DNA of 64,000 nucleotides from the human T2T-CHM13v2.0 reference genome, Homo sapiens (GCF_009914755.1 NC_060944.1), one strand, 5' to 3'. Numbered from the stretch's first letter, positions 16,725-32,259 are shown. Numbers and translations are program-made. Notes: a model not told the origin generated them from the sequence alone.

Positions 16725-17930
16725 TTTATTTTTAATTGACAAAATTGTGTATATTTATAGTTTACAATATGATATTTTGAAATGTGTGTACACTGTGGGA
16801 TGATTAAATCAAGCTAATTGACATATGTATTACTTGATACTTACTTTACTTTTGTAGTGAAATAACTGAAAATGTACCCTCTTAGTACTTTTGAAGTATA
16901 CAATACATTGTTATTAACTCTAACCATTATGGTATAAAATAGATCTCTTGAATGTATTCCTCCTAACAAATTTTGTATTCTTTGGCCAACATCTCCCCAA
17001 ACCTGCACTTGCCTGAGCACCTGGTAACTACAGTTCTGCTCTCTGCTTCTATAAGTTCAACTTTTTTAGATTCCACACATACATGAGATCATGCAGTATT
17101 TGTCTTTCTGTGCCAGTCTTATTTCACTTAACGTAATATCCTCCTGGTTTAACCGTGTTGTCACAAATGACAGGATTTCCTTCATTTTTAAGGCTGAAAA
17201 GTATTCTATTGTATATATACACTGTATTTTCTTTATCCATGCATACATCAATGAATGTTTAGGTTGATTATATTTTTTGGTCATCGTGAATAACGTTGCA
17301 AAGAACACAGGAGTGCAGATATTTCTTTGGACTAATGATTTAATTTTCTATGGGAATATGACCATTATTATGATGACGAGATCATATGGTAGTTCTACTT
17401 TTAGTTGTTTTAGGCAAATTCATACTTCTTCCCATAATGGCTGTAGTAATTTACATTCCCACAATGTACACACATTCTTTTATTTTTCCACATCCTCACC
17501 AACACTTGTTATCTTTCTTTTGTGTTAATGGCTATTCTAACAGATGTGAGGTGATATCTCATTCTGGTTATAATTTGCATTTCCCTGATCATGTTGAGCA
17601 TTTTTTTCAAATACCTATTGGTGATTTGAATGTCTTCTTTTCAGAAATGTCTATTGAGTTCTTTTGCCCATTTTTAATTGAGTTACTTGTTTTCTTGCTA
17701 TTGTTTGAGTTTCTTATACATGTCAGATGTTAACACTTATCAGATGCATGGTTTGCAAATATTTTCTCCCATTCCATAGGTTGTCTCTTCACTCTGTGGA
17801 TTGCTTTTGTTTGTTTTTTGTTTTTGCTGTGCTTGTGTTTTGTGTTTGTAGTTTGGTGAAATTCTACTTGTGTATTTTTGCGTTTGTTGCCTGTGTTTTG
17901 AGGGTTGTGTACAGAAAATTATTGCCCAGA
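16725..17930 (-). mobile_element. L1MA (MA8/9-like) 3' fragment
   Basis: Antisense 3'UTR and ORF2 tail; ORF 17066..17308 resembles the ORF2 C-terminus (WIKK...YTIEY). Confidence 0.8.
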
Positions 17931-17949
17931 CAAATAGACCAATCAGACA

Positions 17950-18960
17950 GGCCTTTTTTTGAACTTCTTCATAATTAAAGCATCACCATGGACTTGGTTG
18001 TGCCTAGCTTTATTTACTCATCGTTATGTCTGTGAGAGTCATTCCTCTTGTTGAATGAATCAGGGTTTTATTTGATTTCTGTGTGGTGTTCCATTGTAGG
18101 AATAACCAGAGTTTCTCCATTTTACTGTTTATGGTTATTGGGGTTGTTTCTGGTTTTTGGCTTTTGTGAATACACCTGTTGGAAACATTCTTTTGCATAT
18201 CTTTTGGTGAACACAGACACTAATTATTTTCAGTACATATCTGGAAGTGTAGTAGGCGTATTGATATTGCCAAGGACTTTTCCAAAATGGTACTATGAAA
18301 TACACTCTCGACAGCAGCGTTTAGGAATTCTTGTTGTTTCATATCATTGTCAGCACTTGATATTATCAGTCGTTTTACATTTTAGTATTCTAATGAACGT
18401 GTTTTGTTATCATATTGGGGTTTTTGTTTTCTTTGTACTGATGTGCTCTCATTCTTCATAATGACTACATGGTTGTCCAAATAAGAATCTCTCATGTTTC
18501 ATTTAACCAATCATCTGTTGATGGGTCATGAGGCTGTTTTTAACTTTTTTCTCTTACAGACTATCTTTTTTTTTGTACATGTATTGTTATGAAAGCCCAG
18601 AACTCGAAACACTGGTTCAAAAGTTATGCTTATGTTAAAATTTGACAGCTATAGTTTTCCCAAAGAAATTGTAGCCATTGATACATCTATCACCAGTTTA
18701 TGAAAATTCCCTTCCCCACACCCTAGACAAAACAATATTATGAAGTTTTTAAAATTTACATCAATCTAATCAATGAAAAGTGATAGCTTATAGAGGTTTT
18801 ATTTTGCCCTTTTTTTTTTAACTGAATGAGGTGGAATGACTTTTCATGTTTAAAAGCCGTTTGGCCCTCATTTCCTGTAAGCTCCGAATTATATTATTCA
18901 TTTGCCTAATTTTTCTATAGGATTGATAATATTTTATTATTGGTCACAGAAGCTCTTTAT
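17950..18960 (-). mobile_element. Degraded L1M(E)-like fragments
   Basis: Weak antisense L1 3' motifs; boundaries uncertain. Confidence 0.45.
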
Positions 18961-20408
18961 GTATTTAAAATAGATTTTAAAAACTGTAAGGGAAAGACTT
19001 TTTGGATAATCAGCATTTTAAAGAAAAAGAAACAAAAAATCAAAAGTGAATCCTTTGTCCCAACATTATAATCACAAAGTAATACTTTCCTTGCTCTGTA
19101 CATAACAATAGCAGTAGTTCATATTCACTCCATACATCATAGTTATAAAGTGTTTGTTTATGTACTCTTTCATGTAATCTTTATGCCAATACTCTTACTT
19201 TATGTCTGAATTCTTGTTGAAGAGATCCGGAAACTTAGATTTTAAGTAATCTGACCAAGATTGCATGCCAACACGAGGGAAAACCTATGCAATATATCTA
19301 ATTTCAAACATATTATAATTTCCTGTAAACTGCCCTCCTTCTCGAGGCTTTGGAAAGCTGGTCCACCTTGGAGGTCCTTTTCTTCTTATTCATTGCTGAT
19401 CTCATTCATCTCTGTTCATGCGAGATTTTTCATACAGTAGGACTGAAATAAAGAAGATGTGAATTAATTAGGTCTCTTATGATTTCTGATTATAGAGCAA
19501 TTAGAAGGTTATATATACTGAAAAACTGAGGTTAACCAAATATGCAAAACAGGGAATTAAATGAGTAGAGTGGTGTGTGTGTTTGTGTATTGGACTATTG
19601 ACACATTTAAAATGTAGAAATATATGAATTGAAGTTGGAAATTATTGATGATGTATTTTTTTCTGAGGCAAGCATATAACAGAATACCATGTGTGGTGTG
19701 ATTTTATTGTATAACATGTTACTATATTACAAGTGACACTTACGGAGTGCTTCCTACTTACTGGGAGCTATTCTAAAATTGATTCGTGGTAACTTAATAC
19801 TCATAATGCCTTTGTGAGATGGGTACTTTCTGTATAGAGGAATATAAGTTGCTCAAGGTTGGTGAGTTCTGACTCTGGGATGTAGGGACTAATTACTAAA
19901 GAAAGAAGGAAGGAAGTGGGGGAGGGAGAAAAGAAGGAAGGACAGACAGAAGAAAGGATGAAAGGAAAGAAATAACAGTGGTTATCTCTGAGTTGTAAAA
20001 TGAAGGTTAAATTTTGGTTTCTTTTGTCTGCTTCTTTGTATTTTCTTCCTTATGTTCATATTCTTATTTACAATTCACATGTAAGTCTTCGAATAAAGTA
20101 AAATTTATATCATGCTTGGGAAGAGCCTTGATGAAGGGAAAAATATTCTTTAATAAACTTTTATTAGCTTAGTTTCCAAAAGTTATGGGTGTGTTAGGGA
20201 TATAGATATACAACTGGAATTAGCAAAACTCTGGTAAATTTTGAGTGAACACAATGTATAAAGTCTGAAGAACTTCATGGCTCATCAATGGTCCCATAAT
20301 ATGATTGTCTTGGGCAAAAGAGTCTTACCCATGTTGATGTTAACATGGAAAAGACAGTCTTCTGATGCTGACACTTTATTTGCTTTATTAATTCATGTTT
20401 TAGATTAG

Positions 20409-20729
<321 letters not shown>

Positions 20730-21497
20730 AGAAATGATTCTTAAAGCATCCACATGTAAGGACAAGTCTGCCTGATGCTGGATGCAAGCACTGCTGCTTA
20801 TTATTGGGAGGAGTCAAACATGACTCTCCCATGGTAGAGGAAGGGAGGGACCACTAAGGGTTGTCTTAAACGTGGGGAGACTGGACTTTTTCCCGTTTTC
20901 TCCCGTTAGACACATACCAGGTGGATCCGTTATTGTTTTTAGATCAATTCCCAAGTCTTCAGAAATGTCCATCATTGAAGGTGAATATATGATGTATTCC
21001 AGAGGGAGATGCAGACTCTTGCTGTGTTACTCAGCTTGCATTTGAACGCCAGCAGTCTCATCTTGATGCTATGCCTTAGATTTCTCAGCTGACCAACAAT
21101 TTGGGAGATTTTGCATTTTCAAGAAAGAACTTTAAAGAAAAGATTTTAAGGTGTATTCGGTTAATTTTAATTGAGAGTAAACAAGTTGAATTTTCTCCAC
21201 TGTGATTTTAGTAAATAGTAAATCATCAAGCTCATACAGTCCTTCACCAGAAATAGATGAGTCTGTATTTTAGGGGATAACTGAGCTTGTCTTTAAAATT
21301 TATTAGTAATGAGACACACATTCTGAGGTTTCTTAGAAAGTGTACATGAAGAAATAAGATATCTAGAGGCAATTACAGAGTTGGGCTTCAAAATTACTTT
21401 TATGAAAAGAAACAACATTTGTCATTTTTGTTTAAAATCTTGATTTATCACATTCTGAGCAGAGCTTGAAATGTTGTGTTTTTATTTTACCTAACAG

Positions 21498-21757
21498 AAT
21501 GCCTTGCCTGCAGGCAAGCAGAATGTTGGATTAAAACTTTTAATACTCTAGGGCAAAATCTGCTGATTTTAATAAGAGACAAAGGCTCATTTGGATCTTT
21601 CTGTCATTATAAAAACAAGCTGAGCTTCTGTTTATCATGTTCATTGCTTTAATTCTGGGCGCATGGCATTGGAAAAGGAGATGGTTACCAGGGCACACAT
21701 GGCCTGAAATGAGCAATAAATCTGAGGATCTGTCAACAGAAGAGCTTGCTGTCACAG
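21498..21757 (+). other. Candidate non-coding exon
   Basis: Acceptor tttattttacctaacag and donor CAG|gtaatt in non-repeat sequence; no transcript evidence. Confidence 0.2.
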
Positions 21758-22429
21758 GTAATTGTCTAACTCCATCTTCTTTCATCTGTAGCCAAGAAGA
21801 TGTCAAATGAATATTGTTGACAAATGTATCACTTTATGCAAATGGCTTAAAAGAAAAACAAAGTAGAACTTCACAGAAATACTATCAGTGAGGTCGTCTG
21901 TCTGTAAAAATAAAAATAGTTCACCTTGATTGAATCCTTCTGTCACTTCATATGTATCAGTATATTTAATCCTCATAATAACTTATTGCTTTGGGTATGG
22001 TTACTGTTCTCTTCTAAAGATAAGAAAACACAAAGTTCAGGGTGATAAAATGACTAAGTTAGCAGATTCTTGAGATTTTACCCCAGGAATCTGACTTCAG
22101 AACCCAAGCTATCATTGATACATTATGCTGCTTTTTATTTATAACAAATACTAAGACATGACCTTTTCCCTTCTGACATGAGGATGAGAGAGCAGGTCAG
22201 AGGCCAGTTTCTGACATGGAATGCCACCAACATGTAATAACCAGGCATGAAGCAAATGGGTCCAGGTGTGAGGAAAGGTAGCAATCATAATGACACAGAG
22301 ATGTGAAAATCCTTGGATTTGTAGAAGAAAAACATTGCTGAAGCATATATTATTAGTACATGTGTTTTATCTTGTAGACCGCCATTTTCTTTATACATTG
22401 TCTGATTTATCAGGGCTTGATAGCATTAT

Positions 22430-22670
22430 GGAAAGAACTGAGAGCTGCAGCAGAGATTGGTTTAAGATCTTGCCTCTGCTCTGGCATCTAGGTAATTAGC
22501 TATATAAACTTGAGCCAATGATGAAACTTCTCTTAGATTTGATTTCTGCATCTCCTAAATGGGCATAATTACCGACACTTTGTAGTGCTTTTGTGAGAAT
22601 TTCAGTGAGATGATATTTGCAAAGATTTTTTCAAAGAGATCTAAGACGTTGATAAGTAATAGTGTAATCT
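22430..22670. mobile_element. MIR relic
   Basis: MIR core-like tgatttctgcatctcctaaatggg...gtgagaattt...gagatgat. Confidence 0.55.
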
Positions 22671-23466
22671 TCATCATTAGAATCATCCTATTATCATCTA
22701 GTCAGGCTGTGACAGCGCACGGGAGTTGTGTGTTTATTGTGTAAAAATGACTCACCATGACAGTGATTTGGGGCTAAAAAATGAGGATAATTATGATCTC
22801 TAAGCTGCAAATGTCCATGCAGAGTGAAGGAAAGAGTTGAACTTTTTCATTTTTTTCATAATTTAGTCATTGTTCTCGATGAGTTTGTATTAAAGGAGCA
22901 AAAGCTTCTGCCCCAAATCCATCCACCATTCATTCATTAATCCATCCATCCATCTATCCAATCATCCACAACTAATAATAGGAAATAAAATATATATGCC
23001 AATAAAAATATTTGGCATTTGATAAGATTCCAGAATGAAAATGATGCCTGATTTAAGCATAAATAGAAATTGCTGAGGGGTTTTAAGAGTAATTTTCATG
23101 TATACATTCAGTTATTTATTTAGTAGATATTATTTAGCTACCAATTTCATACCAGGCATGGTGCTTGGTGCCCAGGGTATAATTGTTAGCAAACCTAGAG
23201 ATGGCTGTACTTGATCTCATGCAACTCCTAGGTGATTCGTGAAATACATTAGGTCTGCATTTTAAGTGATTTTGTGGTGACAGTGTAAACCACATAGCAG
23301 ACAGAGTAGAATAACTATGGAATGTCAGGGAGGAAGAGGTAGTTGCAATAGCCCAGGTGCTATTTTATGAGGAGTTGAGGTAAGGCAGGGAGATACATTG
23401 GTCAGAATTATCCACAAAAATAGATCAGATTATGGCCTCATATTTTCTGGTTAGTCTATATGCTAT

Positions 23467-23875
23467 TGTATTATTCCATTTGCATTGCAATAAAGGAATA
23501 CCTGAATCTAGGTAATTTTTAAAGAAAAGAGGTTTATTTGCCTTCTGCAGACAAGAAGCATGGCTCTAGCATCTGCTTCTGGTGAGGGCTTCAGGAAGCT
23601 TTCAATCATACAGGAAGAAGAAGGGGGAGCAGGTGTGTTACATGGTGAGCAAGGGCACAAGAGAGAGGAGAGGAGATGCCAGGCTGTTTTTAACAATCTT
23701 ATCTCCTGGAAATGAATACAATGAGAACTCACTTATTACTACAAGGAAGGCACCAAGCCATTCATGAGGGCTCCACCCCCACTACACAAACATCTCCCAC
23801 TAGGCCCCATCTCCAACACTGAGGATTGCTTTTTCAACATGAGATTTGGAGGGAACAAATATTCAAATGTTATCA
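23467..23875 (-). mobile_element. MSTB-like solo LTR (MaLR)
   Basis: TG...CA ends; aaagaaaagaggtttattt and catctgcttctggtgaggg; 5-bp TSD gctat/gctac. Confidence 0.85.
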
Positions 23876-24542
23876 GCTACCAACATGGCATTTATTTAAT
23901 AAGAAGAGGTATAATGTAGGACCGTATTCCCTTGTCTACCTTGAATATTCAAATTTGTGGTTATTTTCAAATGATGTTGCTCAGAACAGTAGAAATGGAA
24001 ATAGAACCAACTCTCAATGAGATAGAATAGATGGATCTTCAAAATGAAACAGTGAATAATTGTCATGGAAATGACAGCCTGGGATGCACACAAAAGGAAC
24101 AAATCTAATTTCAGATTGTGCAGTCAGGCAACAGAGCTAAGCAAAAATGAAAAGCTTTGTGAAAATTTCATGTCATAGTCTAATTTTGCATGTAAAATAT
24201 CCGCCCACTTTAAGAACAGATAAAAAGTGCTTAACCTTAACAAATCTGTCTCTGAAAACTTTTCTGAGAGGTCCTGATAAGATGAATGAGATTTGACTAT
24301 TGGGCTATTGGAAATTAGCCTGCTTGTCTGTGATGCTCCATATTTCTAAAACTGTGCATTGAATTTAGCGAACATCTACTAAAAATCCAGCACAGTGTGA
24401 GTGTCATAGACAATACAAAGTTGAATAAGACTTGGTTTATTTTCCAGAAGATCTCAGAATTTACTGATATGCAAATCAGAAAGGTAGAATAACACAGTGC
24501 TAAACAGGATGGACTTGAAGTAAGACATCCCTGGGTTCCAAT

Positions 24543-25209
24543 TGTAACCGTCCAACAGGTTCATTTTGCCTGCTGCTCAGATAGAGCCGATTTATCAAGA
24601 CAGGGGAATTACAATAGAGAAAGAATTCAATTCATGTGGAGGTAGCTCAATAGGATACCAGAGTTATGTTACTGAAATCAGTCTCCTCGAAAATTTGGAG
24701 ACTACGATTTTGAAAGGATAGATTGGCAGGTAGGGGCAGAGGGAGTAAAGATTGCTGATTGGTCAGGTTGGAGATGAAATCATAGGAAGTCAAAGCTGTC
24801 ATCTTGCACTGACTGGGTTCCTGGGTGGGGGCCACAGGACCAGTGAGCAAGTCTGGAGTGGAGCTATTCATGATCAGAAATGCAAAATCCTGAAAAGATA
24901 TCTCAAAAGGCTAATCTTAGGTTCTGCAACAGTGATGTTATCTGCAGGAGTCATTAGGGAACTTGCAGATCTTGTGCCTAATTTGTTAGTCCTATAAAGG
25001 CAGTCTGGTTCCCAGGCAGGAAGGAGGTTTGTTTTGGGAAAAAGCTGTTATCATCTTTGTTTCAAAGTCAAAATACAAACTGAGTTCCTTCCAAAGTTAG
25101 AACAAGGGCAGCTTGGAGGTTAGAAGCAAAGAGTCGGTTAGGTCAGATCTTTCTTACTGTTATAATTTTTCAAATGATCACTGTTATAATTTTTTCAAAG
25201 GCAATTTCA
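24543..25209 (-). mobile_element. LTR8-like solo LTR (ERV1), inserted in a MIR
   Basis: Termini tgtaaccgtccaacaggttca ... aaaggcaatttca; 4-bp TSD caat/aaat; flanks rejoin to MIR-like gggttc.aatcccagc. Confidence 0.8.
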
Positions 25210-25304
25210 AAATCCCAGCACTTTCTCCTAACATTAGTGTTCATAAGGACATTACAAAGTTCTCCATTAATTCCTGGTTTTGCTATATCTCAAATGAAAA
25301 TAAT

Positions 25305-26252
<948 letters not shown>

Positions 26253-26380
26253 AGTATTTACTTCACTGTTGTTTTCTTCATAATAAAATGAGGTAATGTG
26301 CATGTCTGGTGCGTATCAGGAGATACACAAGTTACTTATCTTCGAAACCCAAAATGCCAAGTGGCTGAAAAATACATTAT

Positions 26381-27202
26381 TGTGGTCACCAGCAGAGGTA
26401 GATGGAGCCCCACCCAAAGTTTGGTTCAGATTTTGAGGCTAATGATGCCACACACAAGCAGGCGGGTTTGGACATAGGTGAAATAAGCCAGGCACAGGAA
26501 GACAAATGTGGTTTGATTTCACTTATCTGGGAAACTAAAAAAGGCAAACTCACAGAAGCGGAGAGTAGAATGATAGTTGCCTGCGGCAAAGGGAGGAGAA
26601 AAGGAAGATGTTGACAAAGGGTACAGAGGTTCAGTAACGCAGGATGAAAAAGTTCTGGAGATCAAACGAATATCATGGTGATTATAGCTGTATTTATGAA
26701 ATGAGTGGGGATCTTAAGTATTCTTAGCACAAAACAATTAACTTTGATAAGTGATGAATATGTTAATGGGCTTGATAATAGTAACCATTCCACCATGAAC
26801 GCTTGTATCAAAACATCACATTGTGTGCCTTAAGTATACAAAATTTTTATTTGTCAATAATATTTTAATAAAGCTAAACAAAGGGTGTGGAAAGGCTAAT
26901 TTCTTATATAACTGAGGTCTCTAGGAGAGCAGGGCAGGCCTCTCAAGCAGGCTGGAAATGGCTTGAGAGCCAGGATAGCGACTGGCCTGGGTTTCTCTTC
27001 TGGCTCAGGGTGGGGCCAGAGTGAAGGTTCCTACACAGACACAGGCTTGCATGGTTTGCATCTCCAGGCAGAGGCTGAAAGTGGGAGGACTGAGGCTTTC
27101 CTATCAGACGGTGAAGATATAGGCAGGAGCAAAGTAGGAAGGATGGGGCTTCAAAGCTGTCAGCAGTCAGACATCAAAACATAGAGTCAGACTCCTTATT
27201 AC
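26381..27202 (-). mobile_element. ERVL-type LTR (LTR53-like, tentative) split by an L1 fragment
   Basis: cacccaaagtttggttcaga...gatgccacaca continues after 26880 to cagcagtcagacatcaaaacatagagtcagactccttattac. Confidence 0.5.
26470..26878 (+). mobile_element. L1MA/L1MB 3' fragment
   Basis: gtgaaataagccaggcacag...agagtagaatg...ttttatttgtcaat...aataaagct. Confidence 0.75.
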
Positions 27203-27699
27203 CCACGTGTTACAGCAAGACTGAGCCTGCCAGCTAAGAGCTGGCGTGGCAGCCCGGCACAGTTCTATGTGATGCAGCTTCCTTCTATCTTTCTGCTGTT
27301 CTATTCTCAGCATCACTCTTCCTTTTCTAGGGTCACTGTATGATGCACAATGGCTCCTGAAACTTTAGCCTTTTTATCCACATCCCAGGCAGCTACAAAG
27401 AGGAAGAAGAAAAAGTCTAAAAAGTGGCTTTCCCCAGCTCTCTGTCCCTCATTTGCAAAACTTCCTGGAAGTTCCTCCAAATAATGTGGGCTCACATCTT
27501 GCTGCGTGGCCATGACTTATGAGAGACGGCTAGGAGCCACAAGGGAGAATGGGAAAGACAGGCTTTTAGCTAAGCACAGTGCCAACCCTCGTGATATAGG
27601 AGTTTGGTGAGGGAGGGAAGTCTCTTTTTTGGATGTCAATTACCGAGCCCAGTGACTGGCATTTTCTAGAAATGTTATTTATTTTAAAATACTCACATA

Positions 27700-28680
27700 G
27701 AGCTTGTTAATTCCCCCCTCCCCCCATTGTTATCCTCTCACAGATCATGGTCCATTTGTCAAAACTAAGAAATGGACATTGGTCCGTTACCATTAACCAA
27801 ACTCCGGACTTTATTTGGATGTCACCAGCTTTTCCTCTCACGTGTTTCCCAGATTGTGTTTAGTCAACATGTCTCCTTAGTCTCCTCTGGTCTATGCCAC
27901 ACTTTCTCACATTTCCCTTGTTTTTTTTAAGACCTGTACAGTTTTCAGGATGACTGGTGAGTTATCTAGTGAGCTGTCTCTCAATTTAGAATTTTCTGAT
28001 GTTTCTCGTGATTAGAGTTTTGGAAAAAGACACCCAAAAGCCCCTTGTGCAAAGTCCTTCGTGCAAAGCTGTTCTTGTCCCATCATATGAAAGGATATGT
28101 GGCATTCACGTAAGATTGTCGAGATATTCACCTTGATGACCTACCTGGCAAGGTGGTGTTTTCAGGTTTCTAAAGTTGCTTTGTTTTCTCTTTTCCCTCT
28201 TTGGAAGTGGGTCACTGAGTTTAGTTCGTACTCAGTCGTGTGTGGTTCAGGGAGGGCATAAAGCTCTATTTCCTACAGGGAAGATAACTATACATATTAT
28301 TTATAATTCTTCAGTAAAATAATTTGTCTCTTTTTCCTCATTTATTCACTCATTTATATTAGTATGGATTATGCATTTTTATTTTATACTTTGGCTTATA
28401 ATCAATACTATATTGTTTATTGTATTGCTCAAGTAGTTCCAGCTTTGGCCATTGGGAGCTCTTTCAGCTGGCTCCTGTGACCTTTTGATGATATGCCCCC
28501 ATCGTTTTGTGTTTTTTTGAGCCCTTTCTTAACGTACGGCACTGTAAGAGGCTGCTGGTTCGCCTTGAACTTTCCCTGCCCCAGCCCTAGAATCAGCCAT
28601 TTCTCTGAGGAATCTTCATTCCTTTTATTAGAGAATGGTACTAAAAACTGAAGTCTGGTCACTGGGTGCACTTTGAGTTT
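27700..28680 (-). mobile_element. L1MC/MD-like 3' fragment
   Basis: ccagctttggccattgggagctctttcag...cccagccctagaatcagccattt motifs. Confidence 0.65.
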
Positions 28681-28788
28681 ATATTTGTCTGCTGAATACT
28701 GACATGGTGGAGATAAAGTTCCATATAACAATGGATATGACATTCAATGGAGACTGATAGTGCGATAACATGAAATGTGCTTTGTGAA

Positions 28789-28796
28789 TGACGTCA
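28789..28796. promoter_or_regulatory. Full palindromic CRE motif TGACGTCA
   Basis: Exact 8-mer with the CpG retained; function unknown. Confidence 0.3.
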
Positions 28797-29089
28797 GTGA
28801 ATTTGTATACACACCATCTCATTTTATTCTCCTGTTAGCTCAACTGGGAGATATATTAAATAACACAATTCCCCAACTAATGCATGAGAAAGTGGAGACT
28901 TAGATGATCCAGTTACTTGCACATATCACACAACTTGTGATTGGCAGTGATAAACCTTGAAGCCACATTTCTTAGCTCTCCTTTTCAACACAACATGCTG
29001 TCTTCCAAAGATAAATTTTTTTACAGGCTTGCTTCCAAGGATTCAAGAAAGTTATCTATTTTATTTATAAATGAGTCAACAAGCATTAT

Positions 29090-30640
29090 TAGTTTCATCT
29101 ATTGGCCAGACATAGTTCTAGGCATGTTGGATCAGGCAATGCAACAGAAAATTTCCCCTTCATCATGTAGTTACCGCCTCATGGAGAAGAAAGTCAATAC
29201 ACAAATGAATAAGTAAGTAAATAATTTATGGAGTATTAGGTATTGTGCAGAAAACAACACTTGCCAGAAGAATGATGAAAAGTGGCTACACTTAACACGT
29301 GGCCAAGAAGGCCACACATGCATTAGGACATGGCTGACATGAAGAACCAGATTTAAAATGATAAAAGAGCAAAGAAAGGCACTCCCCAAGGTCGGAAGGG
29401 GCTTGGCAGTTTCCATGAATGAATGGAGGCCAATGTGATCCCACAAGATAACTGAATGAAGGCCAATGTGGCTGAGCCATGAAGACTCTTTGGGTGTGTG
29501 GAAGTATCATAAAGTCAGGGAACTATGCAGAGGTCAGATAACAAAGGGCCTCATAGGGCATGTTAAGGAGGTTATATTTTGTTTTATTTTCTTATTTATT
29601 CTCAGAGCAGTGGGAAGCCATTGGAGCAGTTTTGGTAGGAGAGAGACACAATCTGATTTTCATTTTAAATGTTTTATTCTTACATTGGTGTGGAGGATAT
29701 ATACACCATATATTTCATCAAAATTAAGATACAATTGATTATAATAGCCACTCTTGTTTTTGAGATGTTAAAATTTGAAAGGAAAAAAAGAACTAGTGCA
29801 ATATTAAAGTATCATCAACTGATTGTAAAATGCATTCCAATTTCAGAAGTGTTACATGTGAAAAAAATGTACATCTTAGAATATAGAAAATGCAGACACA
29901 GTTGACAAGTGTGCAGGCAGGGAGGCAAACAGGAGATGACTGCAGTCATGCAAGAGGAGTATGTCAGTGACTAGGCTGGTGTCATTGAGCTGGAGATAAC
30001 TGAGCAGATTTGGGGTATATGTGATTGGAGGTAGAATGGGCTGGCATTGTTGACAAATCAGATATGGGGGTGAAAGAGAAGAATAACTTTTAGGTTTTTG
30101 GTTGGAACAACAGAATGATGATGCTAGCTTTACTGGGATACAAAAAGACATTTTGAAATGGGTCTTCACTCAACTTTTCACCTCATTTTTGGCTATATGA
30201 AAGTTGGCATGCCTACTAGACTTCCAAGTGAGATTGTTGAGCACATGGTTGAATAAGAAAGTGTGGATGCAATAGAGACAGGTGAGAGCTTAGGCTATTG
30301 ATTAGAGAGTCATCCATATGGGGTAAAGTCATGAAATTGGATGAGAAGAGACTGAAGAGCAAAGATGATTAAAAACCCTAGAATTAAGCCCTGGGCATAC
30401 AAAGATGATTAAAAACCCTAGAATTAAGCCTTGGGCATAGGAGGAGAAGCCAGCAAAGGAATTTACAAAAGTGAAGCCAGCATGGTAAATGGTGACAGGC
30501 CAAGTTTGGCATCACCAAGAAGGGTATGAAGAGGGAAAAGGGAAGAAATACTAATTACCTGGCATGCAGTTGCAAAGTTGAGTTTGATGGAGAAAGAATA
30601 GTGACTCTGGGCTTTGCAACATGGAGATTATCAATGACAC
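29090..30640. mobile_element. L2 relics, with a small degenerate MITE-like element at ~29705-29892
   Basis: L2 motifs (gggaagccattgg, ctaggctggtg, gagaagccagcaaagga); weak terminal inverted repeats on the MITE. Confidence 0.5.
30360..30439. repeat. 40-bp tandem duplication
   Basis: caaagatgattaaaaaccctagaattaagcc(c/t)tgggcata twice, one mismatch. Confidence 0.97.
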
Positions 30641-31294
30641 CCTAGCCTTGTGCTACATTTAATATGCTGATTTACACCTTGAATGAGAGCATCTCACCCT
30701 TTCAGGAATTAGTAATGCTGAATATTGACTTTGACAATGTTCCCCTTTGTGTGGCTTTCCTCTCTTTCACAGCTGTAATGATACTACAAGATACCGAATA
30801 TTTGCACCTTTATTTTTTAAAATGCTACCAATGGCACATTTTAAACCAAATTTGAAATTACTTAGTATAAATGATAAAATCAAAGAATTAAAATTTGGAC
30901 TTGCTTTATATCAGAGTTAATTATTAGTTTATACAGTCAATAACCTTTTTTTTCAGAATATGTTTACAGGAGTTTTCAAATGTGTAGAAGAATGATTTTC
31001 TTTTGAAAATTAACCATACTTTGGGTGTTCTGGGTTTGGCTAATTATGAGAAATTCCTCTATTGACCATTCTCTGAGTATTTTAAATTTGTATAATTATG
31101 AAACGTTTTTTATGGGTGTAAATATAGGTACCATCATCAGGGAAAGAGAGCTTTATCCAAGTTCTATGTTATGGGGAAGTAAATGTTTTTGACATGGTAC
31201 TCTTCACTTATCTGGAACATCAGTCACATCATGGGGGTAATTAGAGAGTAAAGAGCCACTGTGGTGGGTTTATTAAAACTATATATTTTCATAA

Positions 31295-32224
31295 ACCATT
31301 TATTTTAGATTTAATTTTAGACTTATGGGAAATACTGTGAAGATAGCACAGAGAGTTCCTGTATATGCCAAGTACAGTTTCCCTGATTAACATTGTACAG
31401 TAATGTGCACACTATTGTGAAGTTATTGTCAAAACTAGTAAACCAATATTGTTAATATTTTATTAATTACAGTCCATATTTCATTCTTATTGTCTTAGTT
31501 TTTACCTTATATCCTTTTTCTGTTCCAGAATCCTATTCAAGGTACTACATTGCGTTTGGAAATTCTGTCTCCCCAGGATCCTCTTGGCTGAGATACATTC
31601 TCAGATTTTCTATGCTTTTGATGACATTGAGAGTTTTGAGGTACATGACTATGGTATTTGGTAGAATACCCCCTCCATTTAGATTGGCATGAGGTTTTCC
31701 TCATAGTTTATACTGGAGTTTTAGATTTGGGGGAGGAAGAAGTAAATTGTCATTCTCATCATATCCAGGGTACAGATCACCAACATGACTCATGATTGTT
31801 GATGTTAAATCTGATCACCTGGCTGAGCGAATGCTTCTCAGGTTTCTCCACTTTACAGTTATTCTCCTTTCTTCCTTTCCATATTGTACTCATTGGAAGA
31901 AAGTCACCATGCTCAGCTCATTCTTAATTAGTAGGACGTTATGCTCCACCTCACTGAGGGCAGGGTTTCTCCATCAATTATTTGGAATTCTTCTGCACAG
32001 AAGATTTACCTCTTCTCTCCTGTGTATTTGTTTGTTTATTCATGCATTCATTGAGGTAGTCATTTACTCAACAGTCCACATCAGTGTGGATTCACAGACA
32101 TATACTTTATACTTTGGGCTATAATCCAATATGACTTATTTACTATACTGCTGTAATTCATTCTTCCAGGTTTGCCTTTGGCAGCTCTTCTAGTTAGCCA
32201 CTGTGTCCCTTTGACACGTCTCCA

Positions 32225-32259
<35 letters not shown>

